Shown in pieces: positions 7,810-16,229 of a DNA stretch of 32,000 nucleotides. The notes beneath the pieces were generated by a model, which worked only from the letters and a program-made list of their open reading frames with translations, was not told where the DNA came from and did not search any database. The translations under genes were made by a program, and so were the position numbers. The stretch is taken from positions 60,001 through 92,000 of the forward strand of contig NC_013967.1 in assembly GCF_000025685.1 (NCBI RefSeq), given 5' to 3'. The number at the start of each line of letters is the position of its first letter. Within the stretch, counting starts at the first letter, position 1. This stretch comes from Haloferax volcanii DS2. GTDB taxonomy: Archaea; Halobacteriota; Halobacteria; Halobacteriales; Haloferacaceae.

Positions 7810-9072
7810 TCAGTCCTGCGCCGCCCCTAACCCGTGGAAGCCGTCGGCGGCGACGACGTACACCGCGCCGTCGACGGGGACTGCGGCGGCGACGCCCTGT
7901 GAAACCACGTCCGACACCTGCACTTCCGGGGTCTGGTGTGTCCATAACTGACGCTCTTCATCAGTGTTGTACGCTGCTAGTCGTCCCTGCTCATCGGAAA
8001 CCAACACTACTTCTCGTGCGCGCGCGTGCGGAGCGCCGACGAATCGCGTCGCCACTTCTTTCCCGTCGTCGCGAGACAGCGTCGCGGTCTCCCCGTCGAC
8101 CGCGACGTGGAGCACGTCGTCGGTGACGACCGGCGCGCCGCTTCCCGGCGACCGCCATCGTTCGGTGCCGTCGCTCGGGGCGAGCGAGAGGAGCTCTCCG
8201 TCGCGGGTGGACAGATACGCGGCCTCGGGCGTCGCCACCGGCGTCGTCCATTCGCTCGTTCGCACCTCGACGCGGAAGCGCCGCTCGCCGGTCGCGAGGT
8301 CGACGGCGTGGACGACGTCGCTCGTCACGACGAACACCGCCCCGTCGGCGACGGCGGGCGCGCCCTTCGCGTCGCTTTCGAGGTCGTAGCGCCAGCGTTC
8401 GCTCCCGTCCGCGAGATCGAACGCCCGAAGCTGGGTCGGGACGCCGTCGAACCCGCCGCCTGAGACGACGGCGACGCCGTCGCCCACCGCGGGCGGGCCG
8501 TGGATGCCGTCCATCTCGGGGCCGCGCCAGAGCACTTCGTCGCGGTCGGCGGCGAGACAGAACACCTCGATGAAGGTCGTGACGACGACTCGGTCGCCCG
8601 CGACGACGGGCGGCGAGTTCACACCATAGCCGACAAGCGGGGTTACCGCTCGCTCACCCATCGTCGAGGGCTCGCGTCGGACGAACGCTCGCTCGTCACG
8701 CCCGCGCCCATGGAGGTTGTAGAGGCGGTCGCCGTCGAGGACGGGTGAGCCGCCGGCGTTTAGCCGCCAGTACTCCTCGGCGTCGGTCGGAATCGAAACG
8801 TCGGGGTTGTAGCCGGTGTTTCCCGCGTCGAAGCGGTACTGCGGCCACGCCCCCGACGGCGAGAGCGCGGGGTCGCCCGGCGGCGTGGCCGTCACGCGTT
8901 CGTCCGGCCCGGAAGTCGGACCGTAAGTCGTAGACGGTTCGGCGGTGGTGGTCGTCGCCTCGGTCGTCGTAGGACCGGACGACCCGCCGTCGCGGCCGAG
9001 ACAGCCGGCGACACCGAACGACGCGCTTCCGAGCAGTTGGAGGAATCTGCGGCGGCTCCGAAGACGGGGCAT
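7810..9072 (-). CDS. PQQ-like / BamB-like beta-propeller repeat lipoprotein, Tat-secreted
   Basis: The ORF track starts at a TTG (9099); I prefer the ATG at 9072 (MPRLRSRRRFLQLLGSASFGVAGC: twin-arginine motif plus lipobox). A Thr-rich linker is followed by repeated ...G.VY...DG.L.A.D..TGE..W motifs typical of PQQ beta-propellers. Confidence 0.85.
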   Translation of the reverse strand: MPRLRSRRRFLQLLGSASFGVAGCLGRDGGSSGPTTTEATTTTAEPSTTYGPTSGPDERVTATPPGDPALSPSGAWPQYRFDAGNTGYNPDVSIPTDAEEYWRLNAGGSPVLDGDRLYNLHGRGRDERAFVRREPSTMGERAVTPLVGYGVNSPPVVAGDRVVVTTFIEVFCLAADRDEVLWRGPEMDGIHGPPAVGDGVAVVSGGGFDGVPTQLRAFDLADGSERWRYDLESDAKGAPAVADGAVFVVTSDVVHAVDLATGERRFRVEVRTSEWTTPVATPEAAYLSTRDGELLSLAPSDGTERWRSPGSGAPVVTDDVLHVAVDGETATLSRDDGKEVATRFVGAPHARAREVVLVSDEQGRLAAYNTDEERQLWTHQTPEVQVSDVVSQGVAAAVPVDGAVYVVAADGFHGLGAAQD

Positions 9073-9216
9073 ACTGTCGGATCTATGACGTGGCGGCAAG
9101 TGCTTTGTCGAGCCACGAGATTCTATATCGCGGTATTTGATTTATTATTTATATGCGGACATCACTGCCGGCCTATTGCTGGGCTCGCTCGACCTCGACG
9201 CGGATTCGGCCGTTCC

Positions 9217-9223
9217 TTTTTAT
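9217..9223 (+). promoter_or_regulatory. TATA box for the zinc-ribbon gene
   Basis: TTTTTAT lies 26-32 nt upstream of the ATG at 9249, within an AT-rich divergent intergenic region. Confidence 0.45.
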
Positions 9224-9248
9224 CCGCTCGCGCGACGACTAGTCGCGT

Positions 9249-9536
9249 ATGGCTGACGAGACACAGCCAACGGTGGGAATGACGGTGTACGCGGCGGACG
9301 GAACCGAACTCGGGAGCGTCCGCGGTTTCGACGACGACGGCTTCTTCGTGACGACCCGCGAGGGACTCGCGGGGATGTCCGTCGAACACGAGCGCGCCGG
9401 CCACGAGTTCGGTGAGGCCGAGTTGATGTGGCGGTGTAGCGACTGCGGCGAAATGGGCGACCTCGACGAACTGCCCGACGCCTGCCCGAACTGCGGTGCC
9501 GAGCGCGAGCAACTCTACTACTGGACCGAGGACTGA
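9249..9536 (+). CDS. Small acidic protein with C-terminal zinc ribbon (CxxC-N14-CxxC)
   Basis: 95-aa ORF. The C-terminus is CSDCGEMGDLDELPDACPNCGA. The N-terminal half (VYAADGTELGSVRGFDDDGFFV) resembles short beta-barrel modules. It shows coding-type GC3 bias. Confidence 0.75.
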   Translation: MADETQPTVGMTVYAADGTELGSVRGFDDDGFFVTTREGLAGMSVEHERAGHEFGEAELMWRCSDCGEMGDLDELPDACPNCGAEREQLYYWTED

Positions 9537-9575
9537 GGGGTCGCCCCGATTCGACCGCTGCGCCGCGAAACTCGC

Positions 9576-9582
9576 TATTTTT
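9576..9582 (+). promoter_or_regulatory. TATA box for panE
   Basis: TATTTTT is centred about 28 nt upstream of the ATG at 9607. This supports the shorter start. Confidence 0.45.
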
Positions 9583-9606
9583 GTCGCCCGCCGAGTACGG
9601 GTAGCC

Positions 9607-10503
9607 ATGCGTATTCTCGTCTTCGGCGCGGGCAGCCTCGGCACGCTCGTCGGCGGTCTCCTCGCGTCGGTCCACGACGTGACGCTCGTCGCCCGCGACC
9701 CGCACGCGGCCCGGGTGTCGGCGGCCGGGCTCGATATCATCGGTGCCGGGTCGGCGCACATCTCGCCGGCCGCGACGACGACCGACACGGGCCATTCGGC
9801 GGACCTCGCGCTCGTCACGGTCAAGTCGTTCGACACCGCGGCCGCTGCCGACGCGCTCGCTGACTGCGACGTGGACGCGGTGCTGTCGCTCCAGAACGGA
9901 CTCACCGAGGAGACGCTCGCCTCTCGCCTCGACGCGCCGGTCCTCGCGGGAACGGCGACCTACGGAGCGCGATTAGTCGAGCCGGGCCGCGTCGAGTGCA
10001 CCGGCGTCGGTCGGATCGTCTTGGGCGCGCTCGACGGCGGGCCCGACCCCCTCGCGGAGCGCGTCGGGAAGGCGTTCCGCGATGCGGGGCTCAACACGCT
10101 CGTCGCGACCGACATGCCGCGACGGCGCTGGGAGAAACTCGCCGTCAACGCCGGCATCAACGCGGTCACCGCGCTCGCGCGGGTCGAAAACGGCGCGCTC
10201 GCGGGCGACGACGCCGGCGAACTCGCACACCGAGCGGCCCGCGAAACGGCCCGCGTCGCCCGATTAGAGCGCGTGTCGCTCCCGAACCGCGTCGCCCGCG
10301 AGGCGGTCGACCGCGTGGTCGAAAAGACCGCCGCGAACCGCTCGTCGATGTTGCAGGACGTGGCGGCCGAAAAGCGGACCGAGGTGGACGCTATCAACGG
10401 TGCGGTAGTGGATATCGCCGCCGACCACGACTTCGAGGTGCCGACGAACCGGACGCTCGCGGCGCTCCTCCGGGCGTGGGAGCGGGGAGCAGGGCTTCGG
10501 TAG
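9607..10503 (+). CDS. panE: 2-dehydropantoate 2-reductase (ketopantoate reductase, ApbA/PanE family)
   Basis: The ORF track starts at 9496; I prefer the ATG at 9607, which gives MRILVFGAGSLGTLVGG (Rossmann GxGxxG at the extreme N-terminus). The family motif SSMLQDV...KRTEVDAINGAVV is near the C-terminus. Confidence 0.88.
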   Translation: MRILVFGAGSLGTLVGGLLASVHDVTLVARDPHAARVSAAGLDIIGAGSAHISPAATTTDTGHSADLALVTVKSFDTAAAADALADCDVDAVLSLQNGLTEETLASRLDAPVLAGTATYGARLVEPGRVECTGVGRIVLGALDGGPDPLAERVGKAFRDAGLNTLVATDMPRRRWEKLAVNAGINAVTALARVENGALAGDDAGELAHRAARETARVARLERVSLPNRVAREAVDRVVEKTAANRSSMLQDVAAEKRTEVDAINGAVVDIAADHDFEVPTNRTLAALLRAWERGAGLR

Positions 10504-10534
10504 TCGCGTCGGACCCGAGACGCCCGTGTGCGAG

Positions 10535-12082
10535 CTATTCGAGGTAGCCGAGGTCGCGGAGTCGGTCCTGCGCCTCGTCGTCCATCTGGTCGACCGAGTC
10601 GTCCGACACGTCGGTGTCGAGCGCGTCGGTCCACGCGCCGCCGATTGCGTCTTCGAACTCCGCGAGGGCGGCCTCGGTCTCCGCGATGGCCTCGTCGCCC
10701 GTGTCGGCGTCGACGACGTTCTCGGTCTCCTCGGGGTCGTCGTCGATGCGGTAGGCTTCGTCGGGGATGCGGTCGATTCGGACGTACTTGGCGTCGGTCC
10801 GCCGCGCCGCCCGCATCCGGGAGTAGAACCGCGAGTCTTCAGGTAGGGTGATGCCGGCGCTCGACGCCTTTTCTTCTAGCTGCTTGAGTTCGACCACGGG
10901 ACGGGAGTACTCGACGAAGGCGTACTGACCGTCGCGGCGCTGACCGGGGTCGTCGTTCGACGACTGCGCGAACTCCCGGTAATCGGCCGACAGGAGCGAG
11001 CGCGTGCGGTCGAGGCCGACCGCGTCGTCGCCGGGGGTCGCGGGCTCGCCGCCTTCGACGCCGAGCGAGTCGAGCACCGTGTGGTAGAGGTCGACCAGTT
11101 CGACCTGGTCGCCGCGTCGCTCCGCGTCGAGGTCGGGGTGTTTGACCATCAGCGGGACGTTGATGAGCGGGTCGTACAGGCAGAACTCGTGGCCGTAGAG
11201 GCCGTGTTCGCCGTGGAGTTCGCCGTGGTCGGCGCAGACGACGACCATCGTGTCGTCCCAGCGGTCGGTCTCTTTGAGGTGGTCGAACAGCCGGGTGAGC
11301 TGGTCGTCGATGTGGGCGATTTCGGCGTCGTAGAGCCCGCGGATGTCATCCCACTCGTCGTCGTCAATCTCGTAGGCACCGGCGTTGTACTCCTTGGAGT
11401 TCTGGCAGACCTCGGTCGAATCGACACCCGGCGCGAAGCGCTCTTTGTACTCCTCGGGCGGGTGGTACGGCAGGTGCGCGTCCATGAGGTTGACGAACGC
11501 GAAGAACTCCTCGGAGTCGTCGATGAAGTCGATGGTCTGGTCGACGACCGCGGGCGTCTTCGAGTCCGCGCCCTCGCCGCCGGCGAGATACTCGTGGGCG
11601 GTGTTGCCGAGGCTGACGAGTTTGTCGGCGAGCGTCCGCAGCGCGTCGCTGTCGTTCATCGTCTTCCAGGCCTTCGCCAGCGGCCCCGACAGGAACTCGC
11701 CGGGCATGACCTCGAAGAAGTTGTCCTGCTCCGCGAAGCCGTCGGTCAGGTGCGTATAGGGCGTTATCCACGCGTTCGAGGAGTAACAGGCGGTGTCGTA
11801 GCCGGCCGCCGAGAGCGTCTCGGCGAGCGTCGTCGCGCCTTCGAGGTAGGGGTTCTCCTGGTTGGCCCCGTGCTGGCTGGGGTACATCCCGGTGAAAAGC
11901 GAGGCGTGGACCGGCAACGTCCACGGCGCGGGCGCGACGGCCTGCTCGAAGACGGTCGCCTCGTCGGCGAACCGGTCGAGGCCCGGCGTCGTCGGGCGGT
12001 CGTAGCCGTACGGCGTGAGATGGTCCTTTCGGACGGTGTCCATGACGACGAAGAGGACGTTCTCGGGCGACTCAGCAGTCAT
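10535..12082 (-). CDS. Sulfatase-family (alkaline-phosphatase superfamily) protein, cytoplasmic; has Thr in place of the formylglycine-forming Cys/Ser
   Basis: 515-aa ORF with no signal peptide or TM segment. It has an N-terminal metal-binding LFVVMDTVRKDH. The signature position reads TLPVHASLFTG where true sulfatases have (C/S)xPxRxxxLTG. It also has a downstream ADHGE-type motif (VVCADHGELHGEHG). Confidence 0.85.
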   Translation of the reverse strand: MTAESPENVLFVVMDTVRKDHLTPYGYDRPTTPGLDRFADEATVFEQAVAPAPWTLPVHASLFTGMYPSQHGANQENPYLEGATTLAETLSAAGYDTACYSSNAWITPYTHLTDGFAEQDNFFEVMPGEFLSGPLAKAWKTMNDSDALRTLADKLVSLGNTAHEYLAGGEGADSKTPAVVDQTIDFIDDSEEFFAFVNLMDAHLPYHPPEEYKERFAPGVDSTEVCQNSKEYNAGAYEIDDDEWDDIRGLYDAEIAHIDDQLTRLFDHLKETDRWDDTMVVVCADHGELHGEHGLYGHEFCLYDPLINVPLMVKHPDLDAERRGDQVELVDLYHTVLDSLGVEGGEPATPGDDAVGLDRTRSLLSADYREFAQSSNDDPGQRRDGQYAFVEYSRPVVELKQLEEKASSAGITLPEDSRFYSRMRAARRTDAKYVRIDRIPDEAYRIDDDPEETENVVDADTGDEAIAETEAALAEFEDAIGGAWTDALDTDVSDDSVDQMDDEAQDRLRDLGYLE

Positions 12083-12160
12083 ACCCGAGGGTGGGGAGTA
12101 GTTGCCGATAAAACTCCTGTTCTCGGCCGCCGCCGCGACGAAAACGTCCGAACCGCCGAG

Positions 12161-12538
12161 TTAGAACGGGGCTTGCGGGCCCTGGTCGTCCTCGATATCG
12201 GTCGTGTCGTCGCTGGTGTCGCCGGGGAACGACGGACTGCCGCCGCGGCTGTCGCCGCCCATCCCGCCGTCGCCGCCCATGCCGGTGTCGGCGTGGACCT
12301 CGTTGATCTCGGGAATCTCCTTGACCATGCGGGTCTTGATGGCCTGGATGGTCATCGGGGAGATACCGCACCCGGAGCAAGCGCCACCGAGGAGAACGGT
12401 GACCTCGCCGGTCTCGCGGTCGAGGTCTCTGATGGCCGCGCTGCCGCCGTGCATCTGGATCTGCGGGAAGTTCCGACGGAGGAAGTTCACGACACGCTCT
12501 TTGAGGTCGTCCTCGCCGTCCTGCGTCTCCGTGCTCAT
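12161..12538 (-). CDS. NifU-like (Nfu-type) Fe-S cluster scaffold domain protein
   Basis: 125-aa ORF. It has HGGSAAIRDLD...VTVLLGGACSGCGISPMTIQ with the CxxC motif of the NifU C-terminal domain, followed by a Gly/Asp-rich acidic tail. Confidence 0.85.
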   Translation of the reverse strand: MSTETQDGEDDLKERVVNFLRRNFPQIQMHGGSAAIRDLDRETGEVTVLLGGACSGCGISPMTIQAIKTRMVKEIPEINEVHADTGMGGDGGMGGDSRGGSPSFPGDTSDDTTDIEDDQGPQAPF

Positions 12539-12582
12539 GCACGCGGCTTCGAGGTGAACGTGCTTAGGCCTTTGGTTCGGGG

Positions 12583-12900
12583 TTACGCCTCGACGCCGAA
12601 GACCCGCCGAAGCTCGCTTTCTATCTCGTCGACGTAGCGGTCGAGGACGGCGTCGAGCTCGTCGTCGTCGATTTCGACCGCCGTCAGCCGCTCCGCGGGG
12701 TCGTCGGGGAGCTGCACGGAGAAGTCGCCGTCATCGTAGAACGGCTCGGACTCGTTGAGAATCTGCTGGTCGACCCCGTGGATGAGCGACGAGTCGAACT
12801 CGTCGTTCATCGTCTCGAAGGCGTTCTTGTACGCGCGCTGGAGTTCGGGGAAGTAGTTGGCGTACTTGTCCTCGAACTTCTCGGGGTCGAACTCGGTCAT
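12583..12900 (-). CDS. Conserved-looking acidic hypothetical protein
   Basis: The ORF track starts at 12972 inside AT-rich sequence; I prefer the ATG at 12900 (MTEFDPEKFEDKYANYFPELQRAYKNAFE...). It shows strong GC3 bias and acidic composition. It ends 44 nt upstream of the NifU-like gene, so co-transcription is possible. Confidence 0.65.
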   Translation of the reverse strand: MTEFDPEKFEDKYANYFPELQRAYKNAFETMNDEFDSSLIHGVDQQILNESEPFYDDGDFSVQLPDDPAERLTAVEIDDDELDAVLDRYVDEIESELRRVFGVEA

Positions 12901-13058
12901 ACTCGGAGCTTTCGCGCTCCCGGCAAAAAATCGGACGGTTAGTTCGTCGGAATTGTGGATTTTGTATAGCAACGTAGCATTTATCGGCTGTTCGTCCTCT
13001 GAACGGCGATTCCTCTCTTAGCGCGTCTCAAATACGGAAAATCGAGCGACGCGGGGCG

Positions 13059-13280
13059 TCACTCGATGAGCGGGCTGTCCACGCGCGCGGCGGAGAGTTC
13101 GCTCGCCGCGAAGATGGACGCGAGCTCGGTTATCAGTTCGTCGTACGACTCGTCGTCCTCGCGCAGCGCGTCGAGTCGCTCGACGGTTCGACGGTCCAGT
13201 TCGACCGTCTCTGTTTGTACCTCCGGTTCGTAGCCGACCGGGTAGTCGTATTCGACCTCGTTCGAGTTGGCAGTCGCCAT
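13059..13280 (-). CDS. Small very acidic hypothetical protein (73 aa)
   Basis: The sequence is MATANSNEVEYDYPVGYEPEVQTETVELDRRTVERLDALREDDESYDELITELASIF... with coding-type GC3 bias. The segment VELDRRTVERLDALR...YDELI is reminiscent of ribbon-helix-helix/antitoxin-like modules, but that is a guess. Confidence 0.55.
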   Translation of the reverse strand: MATANSNEVEYDYPVGYEPEVQTETVELDRRTVERLDALREDDESYDELITELASIFAASELSAARVDSPLIE

Positions 13281-13530
13281 CGTTCACCCCACTCCGGCAT
13301 GCGTGCCGGTGCCATGACATACACAAGCATCCGATATGAGGATTTCGCGGGCTTCGACCCCGAGGGCGAACGCGAACGCGGTCTACACTCGGCCGTTTCT
13401 TCCCCCACCTCGGCCATAATAAATCATATTCAGCTATATCGAATTGCTCCCGTATCCGAATCGAGGGAGTCATAGCCAGTATGGGTTGTTTGAGGACAAC
13501 CGATTTTATACTCGATAGGTTGTCGGACTC

Positions 13531-13551
13531 TAAATATATGCGTAAATATAT
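13531..13551. repeat. Tandem TAAATATAT-GCG-TAAATATAT (two strong TATA-like boxes, 12-nt period) in an unexplained low-GC region
   Basis: Read directly from the sequence. It lies about 290 nt upstream of ppk2, which has its own proximal TATA. Confidence 0.8.
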
Positions 13552-13806
13552 TCCCAGACACGAGTCAATTCCTCTAGAAGTGAGTACTTTATCACGTTCT
13601 ACCCGTCGAGCAGTTCGGTCTGTCGCGATTGCGGGCCGCACGACTCCGACAGGCGCTCTCCCGAGGTCGCGCCCCCTGATGTACGACCGTCGCATTCTCA
13701 TCGACGCGCTGGCACACAGGCCGTTGTTCCGGCGGATGGTCAGACCGCTCGTCGCCCGCGGCGTTCGTCGTCGCCGGCGTCGAGCGCGCCGCCCGCCCCC
13801 GCTTGC

Positions 13807-13811
13807 TATTT
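13807..13811 (+). promoter_or_regulatory. Proximal TATA-like box for ppk2
   Basis: TATTT is centred about 27 nt upstream of the ATG at 13836. Confidence 0.4.
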
Positions 13812-13835
13812 GGTCACAGCGCTCGCAGTTCTCGT

Positions 13836-14666
13836 ATGTCCGCCGACGAGCCCCGCTACGACGACGAGGGGGTCCTGAAGAAGCAACAGTACAAACGGGA
13901 GTTGCACCGCCTTCAGGAGGAACTGGTGAAACTCCAGTACTGGATAAAGGAACGCGACCTCCGGGTCTGCGTCGTCTTCGAGGGGCGCGACGCCGCGGGG
14001 AAAGGCGGCGTCATCAAGCGCATCACCCGCCGGCTCAACCCGCGGGTCGCGCGGGTCGTCGCGCTCGGCAAACCCACGGAGCGCGAACAGGGCCAGTGGT
14101 ACTTCCAGCGGTACGTCGAACAGCTTCCGACAGAGGGCGAGATGGTGCTTTTCGACCGGAGTTGGTACAACCGCGCGGGCGTCGAGCGGGTGATGGGTTT
14201 CTGCACCGACGAGGAGTACGAGGAGTTCCTGCGGACCTGCCCCGAGTTCGAGCGGATGCTCGTCCGCTCGGGCGTTATCCTCGTCAAGTACTGGTTTTCC
14301 ATCAGCGACGAGGAACAGGAACGGCGGTTCCAGAAACGAACAGACGACCCGAAGCGACGGTGGAAGCTGAGTCTGATGGACCTCGAAGCGCGCTCTCGGT
14401 GGGTCGAGTACTCGAAGGCGAAAGACCGGATGTTCGAACACACCGACATCGACGAGGCCCCGTGGCACGTCGTCCACGCCGACGTGAAGCGCCACGCGCG
14501 GCTCAACTGCATCTCGCACCTGCTGGACCAAATCGACTACGAGGACCTCACGCCCGACCCCATCGAACTCCCGCCGCGACAGGACGACACCGGATACGAG
14601 CGGCCGCCAATCGACAGCCAAAACTGGGTGCCCGCGCGGTTCGGGGAGAACCCGGTCGACGATTAG
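13836..14666 (+). CDS. ppk2: Polyphosphate kinase 2 (PPK2 family, single-domain)
   Basis: The ORF track starts at a TTG (13803); I prefer the ATG at 13836 (MSADEPRYDDEG...). It has a Walker-A-like FEGRDAAGKGG, the motif FDRSWYNRAGVERV and a lid region RWKLSLMDLEAR, all typical of PPK2. Confidence 0.9.
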   Translation: MSADEPRYDDEGVLKKQQYKRELHRLQEELVKLQYWIKERDLRVCVVFEGRDAAGKGGVIKRITRRLNPRVARVVALGKPTEREQGQWYFQRYVEQLPTEGEMVLFDRSWYNRAGVERVMGFCTDEEYEEFLRTCPEFERMLVRSGVILVKYWFSISDEEQERRFQKRTDDPKRRWKLSLMDLEARSRWVEYSKAKDRMFEHTDIDEAPWHVVHADVKRHARLNCISHLLDQIDYEDLTPDPIELPPRQDDTGYERPPIDSQNWVPARFGENPVDD

Positions 14667-16093
14667 TCCGCGTTTTCAGCCAACTGCTCGCCGACGATGC
14701 GGTCTGCCTCGGCGATGAACGCCTCGACTTCGCCCTTCGGAATCGTCGCGCCCGCGGCCACGTCGTGGCCGCCGCCGTCGCCGCCGACTGCACGGGACGC
14801 CTCGCGCATGACCGCCGAGAGGTCGAGCCCGTCTCTGACCATCACGTACGACCCGCGCGAGGAGACTTTCACTTCGCCGTCTTCTTTCTCGGCGAACGCG
14901 AGGACGGGAATCCCGTTTCGGGTCGCGTCGGTGCCGACGGCCATCCCGGCGACGATGCCGACGATGGTCTCGCGTATCTCGTCGCCCGCGTCGAACCACT
15001 GGAGGTTGTCCTCGACGCGGACGCCGTGTTCTTTCACCCACTGGAGGCCGTTCGAGAGGTTCTTGCGGTGGTTCCGAAGGAGCCTGCGCGCCCGGTCGAG
15101 CGCCGCGTCGCGCTCGCCGAGACAGACCGCGAGGCCCACGTCGGCGCGGTCGTAGCGCGCGGTCGCGTTCAGGAGCGTCGAGAACTCGCTCACGTCGCGG
15201 AGTTCGGTCCCCTCCCGCTCTCGAGAGAGCACGTAGGTCGTCCCCACGAGGTCGTCGATGCGGGAGGCGGGAACGCCGCTGGCGATGGCGCGGCGCATTA
15301 GGGCGCTGGCGAGCGTCTGGCGCTCGTCGCCGGTGAGGTCGACCCAGCGCTTCCACTCGCCGTCGTCGTCGCGGCAGGGCACGTCGAGTTCGGTCAGGAA
15401 CTCGATGGCTCCGGCCTCGTTGTTCGAGATGCCGGGGATGCGTACGTCCGTCGCGTACTGGAGCAGTTTCGGGAGCGCGCGGGTCTGGCGGCCGTAGATG
15501 CGGAGGTCGGTGCCCTCCTCGACGACGCCGACTTCGACGCCCTCGTCGACGATGCCCGCGTTGGCCCCGCGGAGTTCGCCGTTCGTGTCCTGCATGTCCC
15601 CGACCGCGCCGACGACGGCGAGGGCGGCGAGGTCGCGGTTGTCGCCAGCGTCGGGTTCGAGCGCCCGCGCGAGGACGTAGCTCGCGCCCGCGCCGGAGAG
15701 TTCGCTCGCGCCGTTGAGACCGAACCGGAGCGGGTTGAGGTGGTGGTCGGTCTCGACGCCCTCGGCGGGCTGGTGGTGGTCGGCGATGACGGGGTGGAAG
15801 TCGCCCGCCGCCTCGTGGTCGGCGATGATGTCGAGTTGGCCGCTGCCGAAGTCCGTGAACAGCACGGTGTCGTAGTCGGTCGCCGCGATGTCGGCCACGG
15901 CGGCCTCGTCGAGTTGGCGGCAGAACACCGTCTCGAAGGGGATACCGGCGCGTTCGAGCGCGGTCGAGGCGATGCCGGCGCTCGTCAACCCGTCGGCGTC
16001 GATGTGCGAGGCGAGGAGCACCCGATCGGCGTCGCGGAGGCGGGCCGCGCAGGCCGCCGCGTGCTCTGTGAGTTCGGGGACGGGTCCGTCCAT
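14663..16093 (-). CDS. RecJ-like DHH/DHHA1 phosphoesterase (archaeal RecJ/GAN-type single-stranded DNA exonuclease)
   Basis: The ORF track starts at 16162; I prefer the ATG at 16093 (MDGPVPELTEHAAACAARL), with a TATA-like TTTAT about 30 nt upstream. The DHH motifs are ASHIDADGLTS, LFTDFGSG and IADHHQP. The DHHA1 motif is GGGHDVAAGA. Confidence 0.88.
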   Translation of the reverse strand: MDGPVPELTEHAAACAARLRDADRVLLASHIDADGLTSAGIASTALERAGIPFETVFCRQLDEAAVADIAATDYDTVLFTDFGSGQLDIIADHEAAGDFHPVIADHHQPAEGVETDHHLNPLRFGLNGASELSGAGASYVLARALEPDAGDNRDLAALAVVGAVGDMQDTNGELRGANAGIVDEGVEVGVVEEGTDLRIYGRQTRALPKLLQYATDVRIPGISNNEAGAIEFLTELDVPCRDDDGEWKRWVDLTGDERQTLASALMRRAIASGVPASRIDDLVGTTYVLSREREGTELRDVSEFSTLLNATARYDRADVGLAVCLGERDAALDRARRLLRNHRKNLSNGLQWVKEHGVRVEDNLQWFDAGDEIRETIVGIVAGMAVGTDATRNGIPVLAFAEKEDGEVKVSSRGSYVMVRDGLDLSAVMREASRAVGGDGGGHDVAAGATIPKGEVEAFIAEADRIVGEQLAENAD

Positions 16094-16229
16094 TGGTGTG
16101 GTACTCACGCCCTCTCCGGCATAAACGCTGGTAGTCCGGCCACGCGACCCCTTCGTTTCCACTCCAGTTCGACGGCGAACACGTGTCGCTCTTGCCGCGG
16201 CTTCGCGGATAAAGACTCGTCTCCCGCCG

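Noticed and set aside
9236-9245. Perfect 10-bp palindrome CGACTAGTCG immediately upstream of the zinc-ribbon gene start
   Set aside because: It is short enough to occur by chance, there is no second copy in the window, and no regulatory claim can be supported.
11081-12637. 518-aa plus-strand ORF spanning the sulfatase-like and NifU-like genes
   Set aside because: It is antisense to two well-supported genes, has Arg/Val/Gly-rich low-complexity composition and crosses an intergenic region. It is a GC artefact.
13018-13701. 227-aa minus-strand ORF, and the 94-aa ORF 13133..13417, across the small acidic gene and the AT-rich spacer
   Set aside because: They are basic and Arg-rich, and out of frame with the plausible 73-aa acidic gene. 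They run through low-GC non-coding-looking DNA.
13481-15301. 606-aa plus-strand ORF starting in the AT-rich spacer and running through ppk2 (another frame) and the recJ-like gene (antisense)
   Set aside because: It is extremely Arg/Pro-rich and out of frame with the clear PPK2 motifs. It has no support.
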